This document shows, piece by piece, positions 41,635 through 57,100 of a stretch of DNA of 64,000 nucleotides (position 1 is its first letter; every line of letters starts with the position of its first letter). A program made the translations under genes and the position numbers. The stretch comes from Eledone cirrhosa (lineage: Eukaryota). The notes beneath the pieces are model-generated. The model saw only the letters and a program-made list of their open reading frames with translations, had not been told where the DNA came from and did no database searches. Location of the stretch: contig OZ024743.1 of assembly GCA_964016885.1 (NCBI GenBank), positions 259,532,001 to 259,596,000 of the forward strand, written 5' to 3'.

Positions 41635-41818
41635 CGAGGGTCGGCTGAAAAGTTCATAGGCTGACCAAGATACTCTCATGGAATGACCAAATGAGGTTTA
41701 TTTTTCAAGGAAGCAATGCATTTATTAATTAGAAGAGTTGGAATTAACGCACGTAAGATTTCACAGAACTGGCATTAATCTTTTTTGGTCAGTCTATGAA
41801 CTTTTAAGCCTACCCTCG
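41635..41818. mobile_element. Mariner-type MITE, 184 bp, TA target duplication
   Basis: TA|cgagggtcggctgaaaagttcataggctgacc ... ggtcagtctatgaacttttaagcctaccctcg|TA. Confidence 0.85.
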
Positions 41819-42916
41819 TATATTCTTTATGACAGATGATATAAGACATAGTGGCAATCGGTAAACATATGTCTACAACATTAAGTTTTTCAATTTATAG
41901 TATCGTTATTCATGAATTTACCAACATATTTTAGTATTCTACCAGACAATATTTCTTTTACAAATATTTCTTTGTAATGAAAGCGGTATATATGCTTTGA
42001 CTACATGTATTTGTATATTCGTAAGATTGTACCTTTTCCGAGTTGGAATATTTTTGAGTTTTATAAATTCAAGAATTGCATATAATGAATAATTTCGTCG
42101 TTTACGTATATTTCCCAAATGCCTACTAAAAAGTTATTTCAGAGATGAAACCAAATTGGTCGAAGTTGTCATATCTCTTGTCGTAAATAAAACATATAGT
42201 CTCTACTAGTTGGATTAGAGGCGTCGATATTTGAAACATAATATTCAACATATTATAGGAATGTATGCACACACACACACACACACAAATCTACACGTCA
42301 CATTAGCAGCTTGATACTGTCCTCGGGTCTATCATATTGATTACAACTTAGAGCCGATCATCTACAAAACATCTTTTATGTTCGATATTGAATACATTTC
42401 CAATTCACAACGAAAACGTATTAATTCTTACAAAATATATTATAGCTCTTTTGCTTTATAAATAAGTGGTCTACATAGTTTAGAATTTGTTTCCAGATGT
42501 GTTCAATATATTTTACACTTGTTGCTGTGTATCACTTACGTATATCGAAAGATTTTCTCACAGCCTTCCACGCTAGGAAAACCTTCGAAATAAAATGAGC
42601 TTCACCGTCGGGTTTACCTGTTATGAATATAAGAACATAATATAAATATTATACTGATGGATCCGTAGGAGCAACGTTGTGCTGTACATAACGATCAAAT
42701 CTATTACAGTCAGTTTGTTCGTGGGAATGATAAAAAGTTACGCCCGCACGCTCAATCAGACACACACATGCATATATATAAATATATATATATATATATA
42801 AATATATATATATATAAATATGTATATATATATATATATATATACATTATGAAGAGAGAAGAAACATTTAGATATAATTAGTAATAAAATGTATCATACC
42901 TAAACTGTTCCTAAAT

Positions 42917-43004
42917 TCCTCGACTACGTAGTTTCGTGGCATAAACAAAAACAATATATCAAAGATATAGAGTCCTTGCGAGGTCTGCCGACTTATCAAG
43001 AGGA
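42917..43004 (-). ncRNA. Type I HHR, U3-A8 core, palindromic stem III (copy 1)
   Basis: tcctc|TTGATAA|gt-c-ggca...tgcc-ac|GAAA|ctacgtag|TC|gagga. Confidence 0.8.
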
Positions 43005-43507
43005 TACCTCATTTTACTAGTCTCAAGAACGCGTCTACACGACGTGAGAAAGAATCCCAAAAGGCGGAGGGGGAGATAGTCACGCGATATAACGGTCGAG
43101 AAACAGAGCTAAGCCTCTTATAACCACGAAAAAAATACCACGGAGGCGGAGGGGGTATTCATATCGAGGCCGCAGAAGAGGTAGTGAAGAAGGCGAGAAG
43201 TATGAGTAATGGAAGCTTTCCAGTTGTCCCCACACTTCAAAGATTGCTCGACCAGAGGGAGTTATTAATACATTTAGAAACACACAGATACATGCGGACA
43301 CACACATATATACATGAATGCATCCGCACCCAACTGTGAGTTAAGGGTGCCAACTTCACCGATGTTGCTCAATGAATGACTGGGACAGACCAATTCAGTT
43401 TGAACCAGACTGAACCAGTATCAGAGTTAAAAATACATTATGAAGAGAGAAGAAACATTTAGATATAATTAGTAATAAAATGTATCATACCTAAACTGTT
43501 CCTAAAT

Positions 43508-43595
43508 TCCTCGACTACGTAGTTTCGTGGCATAAACAAAAACAATATATCAAAGATATAGAGTCCTTGCGAGGTCTGCCGACTTATCAAGAGGA
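43508..43595 (-). ncRNA. Type I HHR, U3-A8 core, palindromic stem III (copy 2)
   Basis: Identical to 42917-43004. Confidence 0.8.
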
Positions 43596-43611
43596 TACCT
43601 CATTTTACTAG

Positions 43612-43650
<39 letters not shown>

Positions 43651-43653
<3 letters not shown>

Positions 43654-43988
43654 GGTGTTGGATGCTTAAAGCGTCCGTGTGCGGTAGGCCGTTTGAGCAC
43701 TCGATACTCTCATAGAGCAGAGTATGATATCACAAAGAAAAGAGAATCAGTGTTGCGACGAATGGAATTTATTGGACATATTACAATCGTTTCTCTGGCG
43801 ACCAGCTCGAGGCACGATCGATGTGATGATCGAACCAGACTCTGAAAATCGCAAGGTCCTCAGATACATCTTGATTTTACGAAGCAGATTTTCCATTAGA
43901 AAAATCTGCTTCGTAGCTGGTCGCCAGAGAAACGATTGTAATATGTCCAATAAATTCCATTCGTCGCAACACTGATTCTCTTTTCTTT

Positions 43989-43995
<7 letters not shown>
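43651..43995. mobile_element. Family G fold-back element with perfect 81-bp inverted arms
   Basis: 43727-43807 versus 43915-43995; extra internal hairpin at 43878-43915; (TA)n flanks. Confidence 0.8.
43775..43870 (-). ncRNA. Type I HHR (family G)
   Basis: gatgtat|CTGAGGA|ccttgcga...tcgccaga|GAAA|cgattg|TA|atatgtc; 7-bp stem I with two GU pairs. Confidence 0.65.
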
Positions 43996-44043
<48 letters not shown>

Positions 44044-44501
44044 AAAGAGAGAGAGAGAGAGGAAAGAAAGAGTGAGATGTAAAGGCAAAGTTGATCTCGG
44101 TGAAATTTGAAGTAAGAGAGTAGAGACCTAGACCGAACACCACCACGAAGTACTCTATCAGACGTTCTAAGGATTCTGTCAATACTCCACCTAAGATGAA
44201 ACATACTTTTCTCTTTATAGCTAGGCCTATTGAATGACACAGAGGCTGCTAGTGATCGAGTTTACAATAGTGGTATACCTGGAATTCTTACAACTTGGCA
44301 AACAATAATATAATTCACTGAACTTTAATATAAACATAAAATGAAGCTGGTGGTATAGTTAGTCTATCACTACAAACAATTTATCCCCCCATGTTAATTT
44401 CTACGTTTTCCTTCCAGCAATTTTCCTCTAGAAACTGAATATTTTGTTTAGGTTTGATATATACACACGCATATATATATATATAGGTATATATATATAT
44501 A

Positions 44502-44583
<82 letters not shown>

Positions 44584-44660
44584 CATACATATATGTGTGT
44601 GTGTGTTTATATATATATATGGGTAACGCTTTTGTTCCGTGTACGAACATAAATAGATAA

Positions 44661-44700
<40 letters not shown>

Positions 44701-45359
44701 ATGCTTTGTCCAATAAACGTAATATTTCACATCCCATTTGAATATATACCTGTAATGGACAGAGTTTTTTTAGCTTTTTTCTCATTCTAAGAAAATAATA
44801 TTTACGTTTCTTCGCTTTATAGTTTTCAGTATATTTCTACAATGTTTACATCTGATTTATTTCATTCTCACTGGAGATTCTGACATTATTTTATTTTTCT
44901 TTATAATTTTATAAAGCCATTTTTATTGTTTTCATTAATTCTTTATTTTTTTCTCGAATTGTTGTCCAAGCAAAAGAATCTTTTCTTTTGAGAGTTTGCA
45001 ATCCATCTTAACAAGTTTCACCATCAACGCTTCTTGAAAAGACAGCGTATTAAGATTAGTTCCTTCTCATTTGTTACAACCATAGAAATTTAGAATTAGA
45101 ATTCTATATTTTCTATTGAAATTATTATCATTATTATTTTGTATAACTTAACATTTCCCAATGTATTTTAATCATACCTAACAATGTAACAATGAAATGT
45201 AGAGAATAAAATTCCCAGATTCTCTATTTATTGAATTACAGTCAATAGGCCCGTTATAGATCTTTTAAATCCATATTCCTGATTAGAAATTATAAGAAAT
45301 CCCTCGACGTCTATCGGCTCGAAATGAGATCATCATGTGATAAATGTTCTCCTTTAATA

Positions 45360-45845
45360 TGGAAGTGTTGATGAGGACGGTGGGTAGGTTGATAATGTTG
45401 CTGGTAGTATCTGTTGTTGCTATAGTGTTTTTGTTTGTAGTACTGGTTACAGTGATGGCTGGAGATGTTAATGATGATTGCAGCAATGGTCATGGTGGTG
45501 ATGGAGATCAAGAGAGTCTACTAAGGTGATGAGGTGATAAGGTAATGAGGTAATGGTGTAATGAGGTGTTGTGGTAATGAGGTGTTGAGGTAATGAGGTG
45601 AAGACCCTGGAAGCAGCGGATATGGTGAAGGTCGTAGTTTTACTGTCTGCCAAAGGCCATGTTGATGGCAGAGCTGCCAATTATGATGCAGGTGGTAGTG
45701 CTGAGGCTGCTGAAGTTAGTGATACTTGTGATGGTGTTTGTCGTGGTGCTAGGGTTGTTGCTGTTGTTGCAGGTAATGGTGGTGGTGGTGGTGGAGGTGG
45801 TACTGGTGGTGGTGGTGCAGGTATTGGTGGAGAAGATTGTGTTGA
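45360..45845. repeat. GGT/GAT-rich low-complexity tract
   Basis: Direct reading. Confidence 0.7.
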
Positions 45846-46765
45846 AAAGTTATTTGTGCAGGCTGATATGTATAGTGCATACACCTGCATGTGTGCCTCT
45901 ATATATGTATATATTCATATATGTGCACGCGCGATCCCCGTTCGCGTGTATGGGTATATTTGTGTGTATCTTTTCGTGTATATGTGTATATGAATGCATG
46001 TATGTATGTAGGTGAATGCATGTGTGTTTGTTATGTGTGAGCGTGCATGTTTGTGTTGTGTGTGTGTCTGTGCGAAGGATGAAACGTAACAAAAACGAAT
46101 CAATTAAAGCGAAGAAATTCGAAGACAATTTCCGCTGAGTCTAATTGCAACCATAGTTATTGGAAGAAAACTACATTAAGTGAAATCTCAGTCAATAGAA
46201 AGCAGATGAACTCGAAATTACATCCTTATTGCTTTCTTATTTTAGTTTTTTGTAAGGAGCGGGGGCTGGCATCTGTTAATTTTAAATTCCGCCTTCTCTA
46301 CTTTAACATTTTAAAAAAATCTCCACCCTCACAATAAAGCAACAACAAAAAATATTTAGAAATAATTGTTTCTACTTATTGGCACGTGGCCAGCAATTAA
46401 CCAGTGCATTACTGGTACTTTACTTTATCGACCCCGTAAGGATGAAAGGCAACTAGAAATAAATGACCAAGATTGCAATAGGTGTTGGACTAAATTTAAT
46501 CTTCTTTTCATTTCTATTATTCCGAAACATATAATTTTTAAATTTTATTCAAAAGTACAAATAAATATAAATTACATATTTATAAAAAAAAAAACAACCC
46601 ATTTCAGTCTTGACACAACTAAAACCTTCAAGGACGATACATATATCATTACTATATTTGATAATATTTTATCGTGACCCCTACTAAAATAACATAACAG
46701 AACATTTCATACCTTCCATTTGAGTATCACAAAATACTCCAATACACACACACACAAACACACAC

Positions 46766-46910
46766 ACCCGAAGGGGGCTCGACAAGAATTATATATATGT
46801 ATATAAAATATATATAAATATAAAAGCCTGCAGACCAAATAGAGTTTCAGAAGATCCCACTAAGGGTAAAGCAGCCATTCTTTACATAAACTTTAATCTG
46901 TTCTTATAAT
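46766..46910. mobile_element. Family A remnant with decayed HHR at 46842-46893
   Basis: gagtttCAGAAGAtcccactaagggt-aaagcagcc...aaactt. Confidence 0.65.
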
Positions 46911-46912
46911 AT

Positions 46913-47185
46913 ATATTGTTATATTTGGGGAGGGTCATATTGTTAAAATATTGCCAGAAATAATAATAAAACACACTCAGTTTGGTTTGGGTTGGTTTTC
47001 GCTTTTGTATATTCTATATCTCTATAGTTAATTAATTTAGCTGGCAATCAATGTCTATCATTCATTGACCAACAGTTTAAAATATAGATATAAACATAAC
47101 ATATATATAGTCTATCAAAGTTCTTTCATCTCACTTCTGTGACATCATCAGTGATACCATTATGTTTCCTCCCGTTGTATTGTAA
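46913..47185 (-). mobile_element. Family D terminal repeat with HHR at 47114-47155
   Basis: atca|CTGATGA|tgtcacagaagtgagat|GAAA|gaacTT|tgat; colinear with 8107-8376. Confidence 0.75.
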
Positions 47186-47207
47186 TTATCACACACACAC
47201 GCACACA

Positions 47208-47521
<314 letters not shown>

Positions 47522-48303
47522 ATATATATATATATATAATTAAAAAGCGGAGTTAAAGACTGGCGTTAATCCTTTATAATTTAATGAGTTCAAGGAATAT
47601 ATTCCGGGCTCGGTTCTGTACAAGACGGTATATAGAGAACAATACACAAAGAGGTATGTGTTCACTTATGAGGGATAGAATACCACCAGAGTGAAAAACA
47701 TATTGTCTACGAAAGGAAGAAAGGAATGGAGAATACATTTCAATTAAAAGAATAAATTATAATGTACAAACCATCCGTTTAAAACGATAACACCTGGACA
47801 CGCTCATATTAGAGAATGTTTCGCCATCAAACATGAAGATTCCATATTGCAGAGTTTTATTTTAGTTATGTGATATATTTTTAGAAGTGTGGACCACCTG
47901 CTCATAAGCCGTCTGCAATATGGAAAATTTGGAATTTAAAATGTAGTCGTCTTGTTGTGAATGGCTAAAAAATAGTCGATCACTATTATTAATAGTTCAG
48001 AAAATCGTGTGAAGTACCCTTAGGGACGCAAAGAAAAGTGGCAGAGGCGAATTTTCATACTTCTGTCTCCAGAAGTAAAATTTTCTTAAACACGGTAATT
48101 TGTATCCAGATGCCTCTGGTTAACGCACTCCCCCGCCATCTGACAGATGCGAGGTTTGATTCCTCGAAGGCATCTCTCTACTTTCTCGAACCTGATTTCC
48201 TCAAATATTATTTATTGTGATCAACTATTATTATAGTCATTCACATTGAGATTACTACTTTTTTTATCTATACATATGTATATTCTACTAAAGTGAGTTC
48301 CAA

Positions 48304-48440
48304 TACGGTTATAAGTAAGACTTATAAAGCTATTAGAACTCATTTTCGGAGAATATACATGTGTATAGATAAAAAAGTCGTAATCTATAATAATAGTCGA
48401 TACGGTTATAAGTAAGACTTATAAACCTATTAGAACTCAA
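48304..48440. repeat. Local direct repeat of ~39 bp
   Basis: tacggttataagtaagacttataaa(g/c)ctattagaactca occurs twice. Confidence 0.8.
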
Positions 48441-49217
48441 TGTGGTATAGTTATGAGCATTCATCATAGCAAAGCGAAACCAGTTCTTGCAGAAAAGTAG
48501 TATTTTATTACATGTTAATAATTCAAACATTACAGTGTCACACAAATAAGTTAGAAGAATGAAAACGAAGAGGACAAAACACAATTTAATACATTGTTTT
48601 ATGATCATCCCAAAGGGCAATATAAGCTAACATTTTATTGATAGTAGTTATAAAACTCTTTATAGTATTAACCTCGTTTTGTGTGTGAAGATAAACGGCA
48701 GAATGGGTGCTTTTTATCGAGGCTAATACTTTGGAGTTGCATAACTTCTAACGATCCTTCAACCACTGTTACTTACAGATTATATTTCCATAATTTCTTT
48801 TAAATTAATCCTTTAGGAACTACCAATTTTCAGATATTCATAATTCCCTTCTCTTATATAACGATTCTTCATAACGAATATCCGTTAATTTTCGCATATC
48901 TATCAGAAGAGAGAAATTTCCAGGAAGGAAATATTCATTATAAACAAGAGACACTCTATATAAAGCTTTTATACGATGTTGCTTGTATACTTCAGTAACT
49001 AGTTTCATATATATCAAATATCTTTTTGTTTAAGGATGCTGCTGTCTTGTACGCTTCAATTTCGTTTTGTTTATTTACTAAGAGCTATTATCTTACATAT
49101 ACTGTATTTATCATTCAGTAATCGTGCCAAGATTCTCTTGACCATTAAACCAACTTCTGGGAATTACTATTTCTGAAAACAACACCAATTACCTAAATGT
49201 TTTCAGGTCTTTTTGAT

Positions 49218-49305
<88 letters not shown>

Positions 49306-49484
49306 CACACACACACACACACACACGCCGATACACATATTAACTGCTACTACTGGTCAGAAGAGTGCCCTCCATTCATTGAACATTGCACGATTATGTT
49401 ACACGCAGGTCACTTTTCAGACCAGCTTTTATTTTGCAAGCACGTTCAGAGACACTTGATTTGTCTCAGTCCTGGCAATACCGG

Positions 49485-49995
49485 CTAGAATGTGGCCAGT
49501 CCACCAGCTGACTTGCAAATTAAGTCAAACTCATTGAAAATGTACCGCGGAGGGCCTGGCGGTACAATCATTTTACAAGTGGCTCGATTTCTCCCTGGTT
49601 TGTGTGACATTAGATGGTTGACAAATACAGCTCTTGATAGAGGAAATCGTCCACATATATTGCACCTCAATTCTAGCTGGATTTCTGCAGGCACTGCACT
49701 TAGGTCCCGCTTACGAGTGAACGCTTCAAAGCAGCATGATCCACTCGTTTTTTCTCAAAGACATCACATCCTTACTGGATGTTAAATCTCAATGATGCCA
49801 CCCAGTTCTACCTATCAATCTACAGTGTCTTGAGATTGTCGTTTATGACATCCCTAAATCGCTTTTTTGGTTTCTGCTGTAGTCTTTTCCCTCTGGTCCG
49901 CTCCCGTAAAATAACTGTCTAGGCAGCTTTCCATCTTTCATCCTATCCACATGACCAGCCCAAAGCATCTGGTCCATAATAATCCTCCTCTCGGT
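49485..49995 (-). mobile_element. RTE-like LINE 3' fragment with C2H2-like fingers
   Basis: LWAGHVDRMKDGKLPRQLFYG, KPKKRFRDVINDNLK, CNICGR...HLMSH and CKSAGGL; same family as 37915-38250. Confidence 0.75.
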
Positions 49996-50514
49996 ACTAG
50001 TGTTGCCCGTTTATTGGTGTGTAACGTTTAGTTACAGTCGGTTCGCAAGTTTGAGTACTAAATGCCAATATGGTTTCGGTTGACGGTATGTTATTCTACG
50101 TTTGGTATTACACCTTAGTCGCTATCCATGAGAAGCGGTGTTAATATATATAATTATAATATAGTTACGAAATCACAGAACAAAGTCAAATTAATAAATG
50201 GAAAATGTTTATTCGAAAATTCTAAGTTTGAACTCACTTGCAACATAATAATTTTTTCAACACTGAAGAAAAGTAGAGGAGTTACGCCCCTTGTCACAGA
50301 TTAAAATTTTTTTTTTACACACACGCGAAGGCGAAATCAGTTGTATCGCTTACTTTAGCAAGGACAGAAGCGACCTAAATCATTGTGGTCGAAAATCAGC
50401 ATGCAGGAGATTTAACGAAAAAACAATTTAACCTAATTACAAATGTTTTGAAGATCCAAAAGGGAGAAACCAGGCATTGCTAACATCAATGTTTTATACA
50501 TGTTATAAAGATGC

Positions 50515-50552
<38 letters not shown>

Positions 50553-50591
50553 AGGTGCGCTTTTCGAACCCTATTTTTATTAACCTTTTCT

Positions 50592-50667
<76 letters not shown>

Positions 50668-50897
50668 ATCTATATCTATATACAAATATAATTCAGCGAG
50701 AATCGTATTTCGGCTGGTAGAAAAAGCGAAACGAAACGCAAAATCGTAGAAATGCTGGCAAGCGCTCAATAGTTAAAAAACCAGAGCTAAATAATATGTT
50801 AAAACGTCATACAACCTGAAAAACCTAAGCCAAAAAACAAATCAAGCTAAACAAGTCAAACAAAATAAATGATAAAAACCTGGACCCAAATATATAT

Positions 50898-50985
<88 letters not shown>

Positions 50986-51396
50986 TATACTTTAGGAGGG
51001 CCGTCATGCTCCCAATAAAAACACATGCACCAATTGAATTTATTATGATTTCTCAGTCGATTATTTTAATATTCGGATGTTGTTGTTTTTTTAGTTGTTG
51101 ATTGTAAAAATTCTTTCCTCACAGATTGACCTCCCCTGTAACTACTTTTGATACTTTGTATCTCATGTTTGATCTATTATTAAACTTACCGACTGGGTAA
51201 TTATAAAATTTTATTGAAATGAAACTTAACTGGTGCGTGTTAGGGTTTATCGGTCTCAATACACGTCTTCACATCAGAAATCTTGCAAAACAAATACAAA
51301 AACAAAATATACATGTATGCAAAAAAAAAACAAAGCAAATGACACAGTACAATAAAGAAATATATTAGTTTAACATTTGATAGAGTGGGTAAACAG

Positions 51397-51432
51397 TCTT
51401 AACGTTTCGGACACTAGTCCTTCATCAGAAGA
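51397..51432 (-). ncRNA. Canonical PLE-type minimal HHR (family E)
   Basis: tctt|CTGATGA|a-ggac-tagt-gtcc|GAAA|cGTT|aaga; loopless palindromic ACGU stem III. Confidence 0.85.
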
Positions 51433-51905
51433 TAGAATGAGAAATAAAAGGTGAAATAGAAAGGCAGAGAGTGAGAAGATGAAGGAATGGAGAAACAAAA
51501 ACAAAATATTTAGAAAAAACAGCTCTGTTTTCAGTCATTAATTTTGGAAAAACGCTGGTCAGTGGGTATCTTAGGTATTAGAGAGGTTTAAACATGGAGG
51601 TAGTCGTCATATATTTTTTTGAGTGGACATGTTTGTGTGTGCGTGTGTAGGTCTGTTTGTTTGTTTGTTGAAATGTTTGAAGGATGCGTGTTGGACCGTG
51701 ATGGGGCTGGGTACTGTGAAATTGTCGAGGTGTGAATGAGCGCGTGTGCATGAACTGACCAATGTAGGGAAGTGTATAAATATGTATATGAAATTCTGCA
51801 TATACATACATATACACACGCGTAAAATCAGTCGCAAAGTGTAGTATATATATGTATATAAACATCTTTCCGCCTATTTCAAATTGCATCAGAGAATAAG
51901 GGACC

Positions 51906-51946
51906 ACTACCCTGATGACGGCCAAAGTCAGAAACACGTTGGCAGT
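51906..51946 (+). ncRNA. Minimal HHR (separate family)
   Basis: actacc|CTGATGA|c-ggc-caaa-gtc-a|GAAA|cacG|TT|ggcagt. Confidence 0.65.
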
Positions 51947-52132
51947 TGTTGCCCGATACTTCTGTCGTAATCTGCTAGACGGCGCTAATCATCACCTTTT
52001 TACTATTCATAGCTAGAAGGATTTCCAAATGCTTATTCGTAAACAACGTATATCATTAGATATACGAAATTCACATACTTATATGTATACAGCTATATGG
52101 GAGCGGAAAACTTCAATTATATATATATATAT

Positions 52133-53957
<1,825 letters not shown>

Positions 53958-55583
53958 AAATTAATTTTTTCTCGCTATCTATACGAAATGAAGTTTTTTT
54001 GGAACGCAATATTCTTTTTAAATGATCACAATAAATTTCAAATATAATTTTCTTTTGACTGTCCTAAATTTGTATAATTAGATAAACCACTACACATCTG
54101 ATATACTTATCCCCTGTTACTTCTTTATTGAATTCCTTCCTTATTTATCTTATCTGTTTGATTAAGGGGAAAAGTTTTTATATTTTTAAAGCACTTAACT
54201 CACTCTCAATGCCTAGTTTTTTTTCCTTTTCAACTAATAATACCTAAACTTTAGTATATTATCTAAAATCCAATGAACATGTCTCATAGTAGTCATATAT
54301 ATTCATAGTGCTTATATTTATTTCATAGTTAATTTCATTTTCTTTGGATTAAATTCTATTATAATATAGAATACAGAAGTGTTTTTAAATCTAGAGAGGA
54401 AAGCAAATATTATGACGAGAAGTGGAGTGAGATACGGAAGTCATGTGTTGAGGCAGGATGAAATTAACAAATTGAACAGAACAAAGCCAATGTTTAATTT
54501 TGTGAAGATAATTTGAATGAAATGGTTGATCCATTAATCCAAGGAATGATGAAAGAGACTGAGTGAGAATACTGAGATAAATGAATTAGGAACGGAGTAG
54601 GAAACGAAAATGACCAAGAAAAACATCGTGAAATATGATGGAGGAGAAACTGAATGCTAATGTATTTGTCAGTTTCCTGTATCTGTACATGTAAATATGC
54701 TTAATTTTCAGAAAGAAATTATTTGATCATCATTTAGCTAAAACAGTTCGAGATTACATTTCTAAATTTTAGTTTTATATAAGTTACTAATGGACTTACT
54801 ATGCTCGTAGTTTGAAATCTCGGGGACTTTGAATACATCCATAATTTCCTGAAACATCAACACATCAACATGTAATATAAACATTTATATCAATAGGCAA
54901 ATACAGACATATCAGGAGTTATGGGTACATAGGATGAAGTCTTCTAATATTTGCAATATACAATTCTTACCACGATGATTATATTTTACATGACTAGCAT
55001 ATGCCAATCAGTTTAGCCACTCACCAATGGGTGTGGCTTCACTCCATTAGACAAGTAAATAATTTCTGTTCGTTTTGAAATTAAATATATGCTGCTTTGA
55101 TTCCGTTTATGGATATCGTGTGGCATTAATCCCCTGGAAAAAGATTTTAAATATTTATTGACTGTTTAAATGATATTTTTAAGAGATTAATATATTAGAT
55201 TGGTATAATTTGTAAGCTGTTGTTCTATATTTTATTTTATATAGGCCATTATTTATATTAGATATAGACTAGGGATGGAGGAAATCTCACGATCTGTAGT
55301 ACAGCATATATACAAGGTATACACAAAAATTATGAATGATAAGACAGGTACGATTAAAGCTGATATGTTGTGATACTCCGAATGAATTTAGTTTAGAAAA
55401 CAGATTTAATGCAAGATATAATAGAATGGAATTTTTACTCAGAATATAGAGAGCCGCAACAGATACTACAAACATTTAATCCGAAGCTCACATATGTCTG
55501 TCAATTCGCCGCATTATGCATTGGTATACGAATGTATGGAATGCGTGCTGAGCGTTGGTAGATGAATGCTGTGTGTGCTTATA

Positions 55584-55624
<41 letters not shown>

Positions 55625-55663
55625 AATATATAGATGCAAGTGAAATGATTCCCCAAAACACAA

Positions 55664-55694
<31 letters not shown>

Positions 55695-56228
55695 ATCCAG
55701 CTCAATTCACTAAGGGAACAAAACTCACGCAGATGTGCATGCCTGCATACAATCATCCCCCCCCCCCCCACACACACACAGACACACACTCACATCGCAT
55801 TACAACAGAAAAATGAATAGCAGAGCATTTGAAAAACAACAACAACAAAGGAGCCAATCATCAATCCTTCCATTGTTCTCTCTATAGCTGACATTCAGTG
55901 GTCGCAACACTTGGTAATTCTACCGTCCATGGACTCGTACTTTATTTATTGACCCCAAAAGAATGACAGTGATTTCTATATCAAGTTAAATAACCCGACA
56001 CTCTAACGAATCACGTGAAAGAAAAATTCCCCATTAAGATATGAAAGGCATTGAAGGAGCACGAAATAAGTGTGAATAAGAAGGGGGATCATCAGAGCGC
56101 ACGTTCATCGATGAAATCCTTGGTTGTGACGAAAGAACTTTGCTGAATGAATTATTTAAAAAAACTGAAGTGAAATATAATCTTTGTCAGCAGTATGACA
56201 CTCCCCTAATAATAAGGTTACTACTACA

Positions 56229-56286
<58 letters not shown>

Positions 56287-56388
56287 TTACTACTACTACT
56301 ACTGTCGATTTGTGGATGGTGATGGCGCTGGTCAGAATGCATCAAATAGTAAAAAGGCACATACATACAAAATAGACAAAGAACAAAT

Positions 56389-56712
56389 CTTCTTCTTCTT
56401 CTTCTTCTTCTTCTTCTCAGAGGTTCATGGGAGCAGACTCCTCAAACACTCCTTCAAGTGGGTCTTGTCAGAAGCAACCGTCTCCTGCTGATTCAGCTGG
56501 ATCCCCAAGCGTGACCAGCCAAACTGATGGATGTTATCAAACCATTTTCCTCAGTGTCTACCCCTGGGTCTCCTACCGGTTGGTTTTACCCGTAAAATCT
56601 GGCTAGCGATTCTTTCTTAAAACATTCTAACTACATGCCTATATTATCAGAGCTGTGATCTTGCAATTCGGGGAAGTAGCGGTTCTACCTGGAGTGAATC
56701 TCTAATCTCAAT
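56389..56712 (-). mobile_element. RTE LINE 3' end with (GAA)n tail
   Basis: Reverse-complement similarity to 2885-3175; (ctt)n at 56389-56416. Confidence 0.8.
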
Positions 56713-57006
56713 AACCTCGACAATTTCTAAGAAATTGATAAGGTTATAAATGTTATATATTTTCAAATACATCAATGCCGCGGAGTGTCAACAATAATTA
56801 AACGGACAGGTCTGCTTTAACGTAGTTCTCATAGAGGTGCATCAAGATACAGTATACGACAAAGCTGACCCTTTGTTTTACAAGTACATATATTTTTTCC
56901 AGATAAGTGAATTTGAAACACAAGGAAATAAAGTGTATTTCTCAAAGACATTGCGCCGTTGGGGAAATGGTCGAAAATACGACGTTCGCATCACACATAT
57001 ATATAA

Positions 57007-57068
<62 letters not shown>

Positions 57069-57100
57069 CACCACTGGTTCTCCGTTTGTTATATGATATA

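Larger units (their letters stand above)
42842..43613 (-). mobile_element. Retrozyme-like non-coding element: two 181-bp direct repeats, each with an HHR, period 591 bp
   Basis: 42842-43022 equals 43433-43613 by eye; 410-bp spacer with no credible ORF; (TA)n on both sides. Confidence 0.8.
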
